In this document: positions 10,501 to 19,643 of the stretch, one piece after another
Layout: each line of letters opens with the position of its first letter
Position numbering within the stretch: the first letter of the stretch is position 1
Source: an uncultured candidate division Zixibacteria bacterium
GTDB taxonomy: Bacteria; Zixibacteria; MSB-5A5; GN15; FEB-12
Direction of reading: 5' to 3'
DNA length: 64,000 nucleotides
Assembly: GCA_963735035.1 (NCBI GenBank)
Contig: CAVTJJ010000003.1
Coordinates: 544,001 to 608,000, forward strand
Notes under the pieces: model-generated
Told to the model about the DNA's origin: nothing
The model's input: only the letters and a program-made list of their open reading frames with translations
Database searches by the model: none
Position numbers and translations under genes: made by a program

Positions 10501-11163
10501 AACTTGAAACGTACCATCACCGCTATTCTTCAGGACAGACACCCTGTCAGATGCAATGTCTGCGATGGCCAGATCACTATCACCGTCGCCATCTAGATCA
10601 CTCGCGAAGACGCACCAGGGTTTGCCTCCCACGCTATATTGGACTGCAGGCTCAAAAGTACCGTCCCCATTATTCATCAGAATCGACACACTGGCGGCAT
10701 CAACGTTTCCCAGAGCGAGATCGTTGTCACCATCAAGGTCAAAGTCACTGGCAAAGACCGTTATCCAGTCTCCGGGGCCATAATTGACCGCGGGCTGAAA
10801 CGTCCCATCACCGTTATTTTTCAGGATTGACACATTGTCAGAGTCGATGTTTGCTACAGCCAAATCAACGTCACCGTCACCATCCAGATCAATAGCGAAG
10901 ACAGAATACGATGTTGTACCAGTTGCATAGTTGACCGCAGTTTGGAACGTCCCGTCGCCATTATTGATCAGAACTGACACATTATCAGGGCTATAGTTTG
11001 CCACGGCCAAATCATTGTCGCCGTCTCCGTCAAGATCGCTCGCAGAAACAGAAAGCGGGCGACCTCCCACTCCATAGTCAACTTTCGTATCGAACCACGG
11101 ATCCTGGGCATGTGACATCGACGCCGCCAAAACCACCATCAATGCAATTATCACTCGGGCCAT
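7564..11163 (-). CDS. Large secreted protein: FG-GAP/VCBS repeats, right-handed beta-helix, FN3/Ig-like domains, dockerin-like C-terminus
   Basis: Signal peptide; about 7 DLDGDGDNDLAVAN repeats; TIRVPSDQPTIQAG..GDTVLVADGTYTGEGN; C-terminal GDVNRS..TIGDIALLVDHLF..GDVNGR..IGDISLMIDHLF. Confidence 0.9.
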   Translation of the reverse strand: MARVIIALMVVLAASMSHAQDPWFDTKVDYGVGGRPLSVSASDLDGDGDNDLAVANYSPDNVSVLINNGDGTFQTAVNYATGTTSYSVFAIDLDGDGDVDLAVANIDSDNVSILKNNGDGTFQPAVNYGPGDWITVFASDFDLDGDNDLALGNVDAASVSILMNNGDGTFEPAVQYSVGGKPWCVFASDLDGDGDSDLAIADIASDRVSVLKNSGDGTFQVGVQYAAGTEPISVFAIDVDGDGDNDLAVANIDSDNLSILKNNGDGTFQAAVNYVAGDRPRAVFAIDLDRDSDNDLVAANAGSDNVSILKNNGDGTFEAAVNFAAGDGPFSIYSSDLDSDGDNDLTVANESSNTVSIIMNLTALPHVPTTIRVPSDQPTIQAGVDVALNGDTVLVADGTYTGEGNRDVDVSGKVIVVRSENGPENTVIDCDASAADPHVGFLLTSGTTTIRGLTIMHAFGSAVFAEGQDIVLDSCIIRENQGAGVSTGSAILKDCVIEDNSGIGLYSHVGALTSCKINRNAGGGASFGQGVTDIDSCSFEANVGDALYFRGGTNLVTNCRFGGNGTGIGVWVEDSPIQLSVLHCEFTANITSGSGAGVRFWEGSLGDSRLVIDSCYFERNVAESGGAISLRCFNSSIPVEISRCRFRSNVASRGAGIEIIAGSCIQGLSIHSCVFESNEAQAGGAISGLYVVPWGTSDVTGCTFVGNSATTGSHIVCGSYTYGTGSPTISECVFADGRQGAAIVLQDGGIAPLVSCSNVIANAGGDWVGCIADQYGQNGNISLDPLFCDTANGNYSLYNFSPCAAANNSCGQLIGAYDVACTLAATLALPAEPSTTNVMSHTPVLGWTFDPALGWSQTEFEIAVGSDNDWAYAEMWNPAPSQSTEASTVYAGATLLDGATYYARVRTKLNGSWTPWYETSFRMNSLPVKPAIASPHNGAFTGYQPTLYVYNSTDPESDSLSYQFLLYDSPGDPSPLMVSDLVPQQTDSTGWTVSEYLAEDSIYAWRCRVWDGYEFSDTSSWFFFAVNGMPQAPSTPTAIAPIGQNLILFDMLPAFTWTAATDPDPFDEVRYRLELSLNQNFTMIVPFDNLVDTVFNFADSLSFSTRYWWRVKALDNGGLFSMSAVSDFWTWTLGDVNRSHDCTIGDIALLVDHLFIGGTPIDPPKVGDVNGRCDITIGDISLMIDHLFISSAAFKVGCE

Positions 11164-11915
11164 GAGCCCCCCTGTGTTCGCGTGTAAGTACGTTCTGTCA
11201 CATCCAAAATATCGAAAAGGGAGAGAATCGTCAAGGTTATTCGGGGGATAGGCGTCAGGTCACACCGTCTCGCCCGCCGTTGGCGGCCGAGTCGGCAGGA
11301 CCTGACGCAACCACGTCACAACCCTTGGGTGCCCCGCCTGAAGCGGGGCAAGACAGAATAGGCGCCGGGGCATGACAGAGTAGAAGCCGCGGCAGGGATG
11401 GAACCCTGCCGATCGCTTGCGGGACCCTGCCGATTGATTGATTCGTCGCCCCTTCCCCCCGTCCAAAAATGGACCTGCGAGGGCCCAAATCCACCCCCGG
11501 TCCAATTAAACAAACTTTCATAGCGCCGTCGATCCACCCTCCCGAACAGCCAAAATCGCGTAACTCGCTGCCAAACAACCGGTTTACAACCTCAGAAAAG
11601 CATCGCCTAAATTGCTTATAAACCTTGACATATAAGGCCGTGGCCGCTTCATTTGTGGCCGCTTGTGCCCTACGACTGATTTTGGGGACGGTGTTCATTT
11701 ACATCAACCCAATAATTCAGACCGAGAGTACAACGACGAGATGAGAACGTACTGTTCTTGAACGAAAACAAAACAATGTTTGCCGGTGACGCTTCATGCA
11801 GATGATGTTTGAACACGAACCGGACGGACACACACAGACCCGACCGACCCTGTCACTGTCCGTAGATGTTAACCAAAGCGTCCGCAAGGGCGGTCGGTCG
11901 AAAGGAAAAAACGCT

Positions 11916-12518
11916 ATGTCAACGCGTGTGTCGTCTATTCTGGTGGCACTCGCAATCGCGCTCTTGGTGACCGGTTGCGCCAAAGCTCCGACTGAGGAGC
12001 TCAAGACCAGTAGTGACGCTCTCGCCAACGCTGAGTTGGCCGAAGCCAAAGATTATGCTCCGGCGTCCTACCAGCAGGCAATGGATTCCCTCAACGCTGC
12101 CAAGGTTGAGATCCAGGCCCAGGATTCAAAGTTCGCTCTGTTCCGTGGCTACGGCCGGGCGAAAGAACTTCTGGCCGCCGCTGCCAGACTGGGTGACCAG
12201 GCCGTGACCGACGCTCAGGCCGGCAAAGAGCGGGTACGTCAAGAAGACCAGGCTCTGATCACTCAGATCGACGGTCTCTTTGTCACCGCCAAGGACGCGC
12301 TTGCCAAGGCCCCGAAGGGCAAAGGCACGAAGGCTGACCTCGAACTGATCGCCTCCGATCTGGCCTCAGTTGAAGCCGCTCATGCGGCTGCGCTGGCCGA
12401 TTTCAACGGTGGTAAGTTCCTCGTGGCCAAGCCGAAATTGGAAGGTGCGATTTCCCAGTTGAATCGTATAATTTCCGATATCGAAGCTGCTAAGGCCAAG
12501 GCTTCAGGGAAGCGCTAA
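11916..12518 (+). CDS. Alpha-helical lipoprotein (DUF4398-like)
   Basis: AAAGGA RBS; lipobox VTGC; AEAKDYAPASYQQA; Ala/Lys-rich helices. Confidence 0.8.
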   Translation: MSTRVSSILVALAIALLVTGCAKAPTEELKTSSDALANAELAEAKDYAPASYQQAMDSLNAAKVEIQAQDSKFALFRGYGRAKELLAAAARLGDQAVTDAQAGKERVRQEDQALITQIDGLFVTAKDALAKAPKGKGTKADLELIASDLASVEAAHAAALADFNGGKFLVAKPKLEGAISQLNRIISDIEAAKAKASGKR

Positions 12519-12617
12519 TTGTAGTTGTCTCACCCTGACAGCAACTTTCGTTTTTCGGAGGGTTGTCCGGCAACGGGCAGCCCTCCCCTTAGTTGTAGAA
12601 GACCGCAGGAACCACGG

Positions 12618-13712
12618 ATGACATCGGGCAAGAAACGGTGGATCATTGCCGTCTCGATTATCCTGCCCTTGCTTGTCGCCGGGGCATGGATCGCGGCGCT
12701 ACATTATCGCACCCCTCCCCTCGCCAGTCTCAATCAGGCCTACCGGGCCATAGACCGCGCCCGTCTGGCCGGAGCCGAACAACAGGCCCCGGTAATTCTT
12801 CGCCAGGCCGAATTCTGTCTGGAGCTGGGCGAAGGCTCCCTGCGACGGGAAAATGCCTCATACAATCCTTTCGGAACTTATCGCGAAGCCGACTCGTTGT
12901 TTGCTCTGGCGACCGTGAAAGCCGGTATCGCCCGCAAAACCACGACCGATTTGCAAGAGACGGCTCGCAACCAGGTCTCCGATGCTTTCTCCGCGACTCA
13001 GCGCGAAATCGACGGCTGGCGGAAACGTCTCGACGACGGACTTGCTCCGATGGAATGTCAACGAATCTTAATCTCGGCCGGGACAAGTTTGAGCCTGGCC
13101 CAGGACCTTATCTCCAGGAATCAGCACACCGAAGCTGAATCCCTGCTGCAGAAGACCGACTACCTGCTGGATAGGTTGTCGACCCAATACGGAAACTATC
13201 AAAGCCAAAACGTGGAAAGTCTGCACCACTGGCAGTCACTGGTCCGCGAAACCAAGCAGCATTCGAAAGCTACCGGCGAGCCGGCCATCGTGGTGGACAA
13301 AGCGGCACACAAATTATATCTGATTCTCAATGGTGATGTGGCGTCGGTGTATCCGTGTGATCTCGGTTACAGTTCCGCCAAGCAAAAATGGGTCTCCGGT
13401 GACGGCGCTACTCCTGAAGGCAAATATCAGGTGACCGAGATCAAGCACCACAGCAAATACTACAAGGCGCTGCTCATCAATTACCCGAACGATGCGGACC
13501 GGGTCCGCTTCCGCCAGGGTCAGCGTAACGGCAGCATTGGGGGACGGGCACGTATCGGCAGCCTGATTGAAATCCACGGCGAAGGCGGCAAGGGCAAAGA
13601 TTGGACCGAAGGCTGTGTGGCCGTCACGAACCCCCAGATGGATAAACTGATGAAATACGCGGTTAGAGGTATGTGGGTAACGATCGTGCGTATGACGGAG
13701 CCGATGCCATGA
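12618..13712 (+). CDS. L,D-transpeptidase (YkuD) with N-terminal TM anchor and helical domain
   Basis: IVVDKAAHKLYL, GDGATPEGKY, IEIHG...WTEGCVAV. Confidence 0.9.
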   Translation: MTSGKKRWIIAVSIILPLLVAGAWIAALHYRTPPLASLNQAYRAIDRARLAGAEQQAPVILRQAEFCLELGEGSLRRENASYNPFGTYREADSLFALATVKAGIARKTTTDLQETARNQVSDAFSATQREIDGWRKRLDDGLAPMECQRILISAGTSLSLAQDLISRNQHTEAESLLQKTDYLLDRLSTQYGNYQSQNVESLHHWQSLVRETKQHSKATGEPAIVVDKAAHKLYLILNGDVASVYPCDLGYSSAKQKWVSGDGATPEGKYQVTEIKHHSKYYKALLINYPNDADRVRFRQGQRNGSIGGRARIGSLIEIHGEGGKGKDWTEGCVAVTNPQMDKLMKYAVRGMWVTIVRMTEPMP

Positions 13713-14347
13713 ACAAGTGGTTCATAATCATTCCGGCGGGACTTCTCACGATAGTGCTGTTGTTGATCGGCATTCTCCTTTGGACTTCACAGGAATCATT
13801 CGTTAAGCCCAAAGTGACCGACAGCAAGCCGGCCGTGGGGGCCGACCAGGGCGGCAAGAAATCGCAGCGTCCGAAGTCCAGTCTGCCATCCGGGCGACTC
13901 AAAATGACGCGGCCGTACATTGTGATAGACCGCTATGCCAACAAGCTCTATTATCGCACCGAAGATTCAATCATTATCGCGGCGGATTGTTCCACCGGTT
14001 CCGGTGCGGAATTGACCGACACGTTGACCGGCCGTCACTGGACTTTCGGCACTCCGACCGGCGTCTTCGTAGCCGACAGCAAATTAGAAGGCCCCTGGTG
14101 GCGTAAGCCGGACTGGGCTTTCATTGAAGAAGGCGAGCAAGTCCCATTGACCGAGGAAGAACGCATGGACCCCAATACGATGGGCGCGTATGCGATTGGA
14201 TTCGGCAACGGCTATTTCGTGCACGGCACCCTGTACGAGCGACTGCTCGGGGTGAGCGTCACCCACGGGTGTGTTCGTCTGGGTGAAAAGGACCTGTCGA
14301 ATCTCTATGGACGCGTACAATACGGCACATACATATTCGTTTACTGA
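13709..14347 (+). CDS. L,D-transpeptidase (YkuD)
   Basis: TPTGVF, YFVHGT...THGCVRL; ATGA overlap with the upstream gene. Confidence 0.9.
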   Translation: MNKWFIIIPAGLLTIVLLLIGILLWTSQESFVKPKVTDSKPAVGADQGGKKSQRPKSSLPSGRLKMTRPYIVIDRYANKLYYRTEDSIIIAADCSTGSGAELTDTLTGRHWTFGTPTGVFVADSKLEGPWWRKPDWAFIEEGEQVPLTEEERMDPNTMGAYAIGFGNGYFVHGTLYERLLGVSVTHGCVRLGEKDLSNLYGRVQYGTYIFVY

Positions 14348-14348
14348 T

Positions 14349-15035
14349 ATGAACAGATCAAGACGACGACTTGCGACTGTAATTGGCCTGGTGCTGCTTC
14401 TGCTGTTGGCTACAGTGGCTTTTGACTCGGCGCCGGCCCAGGGTAAGAGCAAAGGCAAGACCCCCAAGCCGCCTCCGCCTCCGCCGGCGACTGACTATGC
14501 CAGCCGTTTCAAAGGCGCCGAGGCGGCCCTGGTTGGGGTGGATCGTCCCTATCTGGTGCTTGATTTCGCCAAATCTCAATTTCACCTTAAGCTCCGCGGC
14601 GTCTCCCTGCGCGACTACAAGTTCACACTCTTGAGCAGCCCCGATGAGCCCAGGGCGTTTACCGACCACGCTGCCGCCGGCGATACGGTCAGCAAATCGT
14701 TGGTTCGGATGCATGTATTCGAATCCGAACCTCAGCTCAACGACACCGTCCTTCGAATTGTCGCCGAGGCCACTACGGCTCCGGCCAATCTGATCCAACG
14801 CTACCGCCCGAAACATCTTTCGGTGACCTACTCGAACCGGCTCGCGCTCGATGTCTACGCTTCCGATATCGGCGGCAAATCGACGTCGTGGAGTGAGGAC
14901 CTCGCCGAAGAGCTCCGTCTGTTCGCGGATGGCGTCATGGGTGGCGAGCGGTTGAAGATTCAGATAAGTCGTGACGACGCCATGTCGTTCTACGGAATAT
15001 GCCGCGACGCGACACCCTTATTGGTAGCGCCCTAG
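14349..15035 (+). CDS. Secreted protein, possibly a degenerate YkuD fold
   Basis: Signal peptide, poly-Pro linker, YLVLDFAK..L and IQISRDDAMSFY..TPLLV ends, no HG..C catalytic motif. Confidence 0.6.
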   Translation: MNRSRRRLATVIGLVLLLLLATVAFDSAPAQGKSKGKTPKPPPPPPATDYASRFKGAEAALVGVDRPYLVLDFAKSQFHLKLRGVSLRDYKFTLLSSPDEPRAFTDHAAAGDTVSKSLVRMHVFESEPQLNDTVLRIVAEATTAPANLIQRYRPKHLSVTYSNRLALDVYASDIGGKSTSWSEDLAEELRLFADGVMGGERLKIQISRDDAMSFYGICRDATPLLVAP

Positions 15036-15075
15036 CAAATTCGCGACGCCATTCTCTCCCAACGCTCATTTCGTC

Positions 15076-15101
15076 GGAACCTGATTCCCCCGAAGATAGT
15101 T
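15076..15101 (+). promoter_or_regulatory. Putative ECF promoter GGAAC-N18-GTT upstream of glutathione peroxidase
   Basis: GGAAC ctgattcccccgaagata GTT; same architecture as 7044-7069. Confidence 0.6.
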
Positions 15102-15165
15102 CTCTTATCTACGCCCGTCCTGTTCTGCAGTTTCGGGAACACGACTGGCACGAAAGGAGTCAGTT

Positions 15166-15768
15166 ATGTCAAGATTCATGTATGTCTTCGTGTTGAGCCT
15201 CATCGGTCTCGCCGGTATGCTCATAGCAGGTACTGCGCCTCAGAAGATCGAAGCGACACCGGTCAGTGTAAACCAGGCGCAAGTTGTGAAGAGCGATGAT
15301 TATCGCCAGTTCCGGTTCGCCACCATCATGGGTGACACAACCAGCCTGGCGTCATTCGACGGCAAAGTCGTCCTGATCGTCAATGTCGCGAGTGAGTGTG
15401 GCAACACTCCGCAGTATGCGGGACTGGAGTCGCTGTATCTGAAGTACAAAGACAGCGGCCTGGTGATCATCGGTTTCCCGGCGAACAATTTCGGCGGACA
15501 GGAGCCGGGCAGCAACGAACAAATCCTTCAGTTCTGTACGTCCAAGTATGCGGTGACTTTCCCCATGATGGCCAAGGTCAGTGTCAAAGGCACGGACAAG
15601 AACCCGCTCTTTGTCGCGTTGACAGAAAAGTCAAAGCTGCCCGGCGAGATCAAATGGAATTTTTCGAAGTTTCTGCTAGACCGTCACGGCAATCTGGTGG
15701 CCCGATTCGATCCGACTGTCAAGCCCGATGCGCCGGAGTTGGTGAGTGCGATCAGGAAACTGTTGTAG
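15166..15768 (+). CDS. Glutathione peroxidase family protein (Cys type, signal peptide)
   Basis: VNVASECGNTPQY, GFPANNFGGQEPG, IKWNFSKFL. Confidence 0.95.
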   Translation: MSRFMYVFVLSLIGLAGMLIAGTAPQKIEATPVSVNQAQVVKSDDYRQFRFATIMGDTTSLASFDGKVVLIVNVASECGNTPQYAGLESLYLKYKDSGLVIIGFPANNFGGQEPGSNEQILQFCTSKYAVTFPMMAKVSVKGTDKNPLFVALTEKSKLPGEIKWNFSKFLLDRHGNLVARFDPTVKPDAPELVSAIRKLL

Positions 15769-16043
15769 GTCAGGCCGACTCGGGGCCTGACAGATGAGTC
15801 CGATGTAGGTCAGGCCGACTCGGGGCCTGACTCCTTTGGACATGTCAGGCGTCAAGTCCGCCTGACCTACAAGACTGTCATCGCGAGTCTCGACCGAGTT
15901 TCACGGGCGAGACGTGGCGATCTCAAGTGTCGCCAAGTGCCCGGCAGATGCCCACATCTGCCGGCAGTATTAATGACGGCGAATCGAGATTGCTGCGCTA
16001 CGCTGTCCCCACCCGACGGCGGGCCCGCCCCGTTCGCAATGAC
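15765..16043. repeat. REP/REPIN cluster
   Basis: Tandem GTAGGTCAGGCCGACTCGGGGCCTGAC (15765, 15805), inverted partner GTCAGGC..GCCTGACCTAC (15844-15870), nested CCGGCAGATG palindrome (15937-15964). Confidence 0.8.
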
Positions 16044-16089
16044 ATTGAGTGAGGTATATTCAACCCACCGCAAGCGGTGGGCCACTCGA

Positions 16090-17004
16090 CTACCACTTCT
16101 TGCGGTGCCACAGCCACAGGAAGGCCAGCACCGAAACCACGGCCAGGCTCATCACGATATAGAATGCCAGCGGATGCGCTTGAAGAGGTAATTCGACGTT
16201 CATCGAAAAGGCGCTGACCACAAATGTCGGCACCATGATGGCGATAGTGATGATATTGAGAAACTTGATAAGGACGTTCAGGTTGTTGCTCACGATCGAA
16301 GCCCTGGCGTCCATCAATCCGGCCAGAATGTTCGAATAGATCTCGGCCTGCTTATAGCACTGGCTGCTGTCGATGATGGTATCGTCGAGGAACTCCATCT
16401 CCTCCGTGCCGAACCCGACCTTGCTGGAGTTGACCTTCATCTTCTCCAACACCATGCTGTTTGAGTTCAGAGAGTTCAGATAATAGATCAAGCTCTTTTC
16501 CAGAGTGAAGAGATTGATCAGGCTCTTGTTCTCCATCGCCGTATTGATTTTGTCCTGCAGGCTGTCGGAAATCGCCGAAATAACTTTCAAGTGCGCCAGG
16601 AAATGCGCAGTCGAGCGGTTGAGCAATTTCAGCAGCAGGAAGCCGGGCGTAGTGATGCGAATTATCTGATTCGAATCGGTCAGCGGTACATCCTCGGAGA
16701 TAACAACTATCAACCGATCCTTGAAGAGAAATGCGCCGGTCGAAGCCACTCGAAACAGAAATTCGTCTTCATGTGAATAATTCTTCGGTCGCTTGAAGAT
16801 CAGCGCGATATGATCCGGCTCGAACTCAAGGCGCGACAATTCGTCGGGGTCAAGGGCCGAGTTGAGCGTGTGCTCATCTAACCTAAGACTATCGATGAGA
16901 TATCGTTTCTCCTGCTCGTCGGGATTGAAATAGACGGTGAGCAGGCTCTGCTCGTTCTGAGTCTCGACGAGTCGGCGCTCGACAATGTCATACCTTCGCT
17001 GCAT
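16090..17004 (-). CDS. corA: CorA family Mg2+/Co2+ transporter
   Basis: ALDPDELSRLE, SNNLN, PTFVVSAFSMNV (variant of GMN), two C-terminal TM helices. Confidence 0.85.
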   Translation of the reverse strand: MQRRYDIVERRLVETQNEQSLLTVYFNPDEQEKRYLIDSLRLDEHTLNSALDPDELSRLEFEPDHIALIFKRPKNYSHEDEFLFRVASTGAFLFKDRLIVVISEDVPLTDSNQIIRITTPGFLLLKLLNRSTAHFLAHLKVISAISDSLQDKINTAMENKSLINLFTLEKSLIYYLNSLNSNSMVLEKMKVNSSKVGFGTEEMEFLDDTIIDSSQCYKQAEIYSNILAGLMDARASIVSNNLNVLIKFLNIITIAIMVPTFVVSAFSMNVELPLQAHPLAFYIVMSLAVVSVLAFLWLWHRKKW

Positions 17005-17228
17005 CCGTTGCTTTCTCTGTTATCCTGACCGAGTCCACGATACCCGGTCTTGCCAAACGAGCCACGCGAAAGATTGGCCGGACTTCCCTTATACACCGAC
17101 GGTTTCCTGACCAGGCTACCCGCGCAATGTGGCTGGCAGTAAACACTCCCCTCAAGACAAACACAAGCCGAAAATCGAGACAAATGGGCGACCATCTCCC
17201 GTCTAGGAGGATCGCCCGATCAACCGCC

Positions 17229-17975
17229 CTAAGACATTACCGACTCGCGGACAATCCCGGTCTTGCAGTGCTCGAATATGCCGTTCAACCGCGAGGCCAT
17301 ATCCATGGCCTTCTGGAGGCGCTCGGTCTCCTGGGTCTCGAAGTTACCTTTGATTCGGCTCGACAGGAGATTGCAATCAGTGAAGATGACCGTGTCCCCC
17401 TCGGCTTCGATCATCAATATACCCGGGAGAGCCGCCAATTCAGGCCAGATATCGCGGGGGATTTGCCGGGACGCTTCCTGGGGGGTGCGTGAGAGGACTA
17501 CGTATTTCTTTGCAATTTCCGGCGAGGCTTCAAGGGGTACTTCTTCGAATCCCCCTATTTTGACCGCCAGTAGCGTCAGGCTGCCGAGCAGCTTCCACCC
17601 TCTTCCTTCACCGCCCAATAGGGGCGCCAGCCGGAGCGACGGCAACTGCCAGCCGTGCCCGACCAGGACCGTCTTCAGATCGGAGCTCTTGTCATTCCGA
17701 CCTTGCAGGACGCGACAGTCGTAGAGTGCATAGGAGCCGTGGTCGCGCTTGAAAACCTTGCTGACTCTGACCCCGCTTCCTTTTGGCTCGAGAATTCGAT
17801 TTAGTCGCTCTACCAAGGCCGGGTCAGGAGGCTCTTCACTGATGAAGCCGAGACGCTGGCGAATCTGACGGCACAATTCTTCATGCTTACGGGCAGCTTT
17901 AATAATCAGTGTCAGGATGAGCGCGAAGGCGCCGACGAACAAGAATGGAATGAACCATACCGGCATAGACTGCAT
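17229..17975 (-). CDS. Hypothetical membrane-anchored protein
   Basis: N-terminal TM helix, 248-aa ORF. Confidence 0.6.
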   Translation of the reverse strand: MQSMPVWFIPFLFVGAFALILTLIIKAARKHEELCRQIRQRLGFISEEPPDPALVERLNRILEPKGSGVRVSKVFKRDHGSYALYDCRVLQGRNDKSSDLKTVLVGHGWQLPSLRLAPLLGGEGRGWKLLGSLTLLAVKIGGFEEVPLEASPEIAKKYVVLSRTPQEASRQIPRDIWPELAALPGILMIEAEGDTVIFTDCNLLSSRIKGNFETQETERLQKAMDMASRLNGIFEHCKTGIVRESVMS

Positions 17976-18132
17976 CCTTTACTGCTGCTGAGAAAACTTC
18001 GCCTGCTTACCTCTAGATCGACCAACTCAGGATGTTCGTGAGTATCTTCGTTTAGTCTGAACCCGCCGCTCCCACTGGCTGTTTTCCCATTATCTGCCGA
18101 TGTCTGAAAGAGCACTTTGTGGACTGGATAAT

Positions 18133-18951
18133 ATGGCGTTACGCAAAAATGATTATGAGTATTTGCTTGGCGACGGCGATGCCGAGCTGGATCGGCTGAG
18201 ATTCCAGCAGTCTGTCTGGGGGCCGGTCACCCGGCGTTTCTTCGACCGCCTTCATGTCGCCCCGGGCTGGAACTGTCTGGATGTCGGCGCCGGACCGGGG
18301 TTCGTGTCCATGGACCTGCGGGAACTTGTGGGCGACAACGGGTCGGTGACGGCTCTGGAGCCCTCGGAATACTACTGTGACTGGTTTCAAGGTCAAATCG
18401 ACGCAAATGGCTGGCGTAATATCAAGATCATCAAGGGAAGTTCATTTGATGCCCCGCTGCTGGATCGATACTACGACCTGGTCTTTGTGCGCTGGGTCAT
18501 CGGCTTTGTCCCCGACCCCGAAGCTTTCCTGGCACCGCTCGTGGCGACTCTCAAGCCGGGCGGTATAATCGCGATTCAGGACTATGTGCACGAGGGTTGT
18601 TCGCTTTTCCCTAACGGCGGCATCTGGGACCGGATGCCTGAAGCTGTTCGCGCCTGGTGGCGGGCCGGGGGCGGCGACCCGTATGTATGCGCCAAGATGC
18701 CGGCGGTGATGAAATCATTCGACCTGAACCTGATCGACTATACGCCGAACTGTCTGTCGGGGGGTCCGGACAGCCCGGTGATGGAATGGATGGGGCGATT
18801 TCTCAAGAGCCAGATTCCGGTGATGGTCGAGAAGGGTATTCTCACGCTATCCGACGCCGATCTCATGCGTGATGATTGGCAGAAACATCGGGATAATCCC
18901 GCGACGGTGTTCTTCTCGCCGTTCGTGGTAGACGTGGCCGGGCGGAAATGA
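18133..18951 (+). CDS. Class I SAM-dependent methyltransferase
   Basis: YLLG...ELDRLRFQ, CLDVGAGPG, YDLVFVRWV, LKPGG. Confidence 0.9.
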   Translation: MALRKNDYEYLLGDGDAELDRLRFQQSVWGPVTRRFFDRLHVAPGWNCLDVGAGPGFVSMDLRELVGDNGSVTALEPSEYYCDWFQGQIDANGWRNIKIIKGSSFDAPLLDRYYDLVFVRWVIGFVPDPEAFLAPLVATLKPGGIIAIQDYVHEGCSLFPNGGIWDRMPEAVRAWWRAGGGDPYVCAKMPAVMKSFDLNLIDYTPNCLSGGPDSPVMEWMGRFLKSQIPVMVEKGILTLSDADLMRDDWQKHRDNPATVFFSPFVVDVAGRK

Positions 18952-19112
18952 AATTTCAGGTTGACCACCCGCCATACGATGCCCTGAACCAAAGGTCACT
19001 TTCTCAAATTGATCGGCTTTTTTTGGTTGCGCAGGCAGTGCGAATACGATTTACTAAGCCACTACAGAGTGGTCAATATTGTAGTGGAACGCTGTATTCG
19101 GAGGTCGGTCTG

Positions 19113-19637
19113 ATGGATGTCCAAGTTTGTACACTTGTAAAAGTTGTTGAGTACTTGGCCGGAAAGAAGCTAGATCTTACCGAATTCCCAGAACGGCTTT
19201 TTCTTCAAAAGGCCGTCTACTTGGCACAATTGGCACATGTCAATCTGGGTTACAGGTTCTCTTGGTACCGCCATGGGCCATATTCCTCGGATTTGGCCAA
19301 GACAGGCTTCCAGTATATGGAGAACCGCCAATACTACAACGAGCTTGTGGGAGAATATGTGCTCACTCAAGTTGGCCAAGCCCGACTGGATAAGATAAGA
19401 GCATTAGCTGACCATAACCCGGGGATGGAATTACCGCAGTGGATGGAATTGCTTGCTTCAATACACTACTTGAAATGGATAGCGTACCAGCCAAATCGGG
19501 ATGCTGTAACAGCCGAATCCGTCGGAGGCATCCTTAGGGAACATGGAAAAGAATTCTTGCCCGATCAAGTTAATGCAGCTTGGACGGAACTCGAGCGCAT
19601 AAACCTTATTGGTAACAAACTCCTTCCAGAATCATAG
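19113..19637 (+). CDS. YwgA / Panacea (SocA, DUF4065)-like winged-helix protein
   Basis: GGAGG RBS; LQKAVYLAQ..LGYRFSWYRHGPYSSDL; ELLASIHYL. Confidence 0.7.
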   Translation: MDVQVCTLVKVVEYLAGKKLDLTEFPERLFLQKAVYLAQLAHVNLGYRFSWYRHGPYSSDLAKTGFQYMENRQYYNELVGEYVLTQVGQARLDKIRALADHNPGMELPQWMELLASIHYLKWIAYQPNRDAVTAESVGGILREHGKEFLPDQVNAAWTELERINLIGNKLLPES

Positions 19638-19643
19638 GAGTTA

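Noticed and set aside
15166..15768. Selenocysteine glutathione peroxidase
   Set aside because: The catalytic codon is TGT (Cys), not TGA
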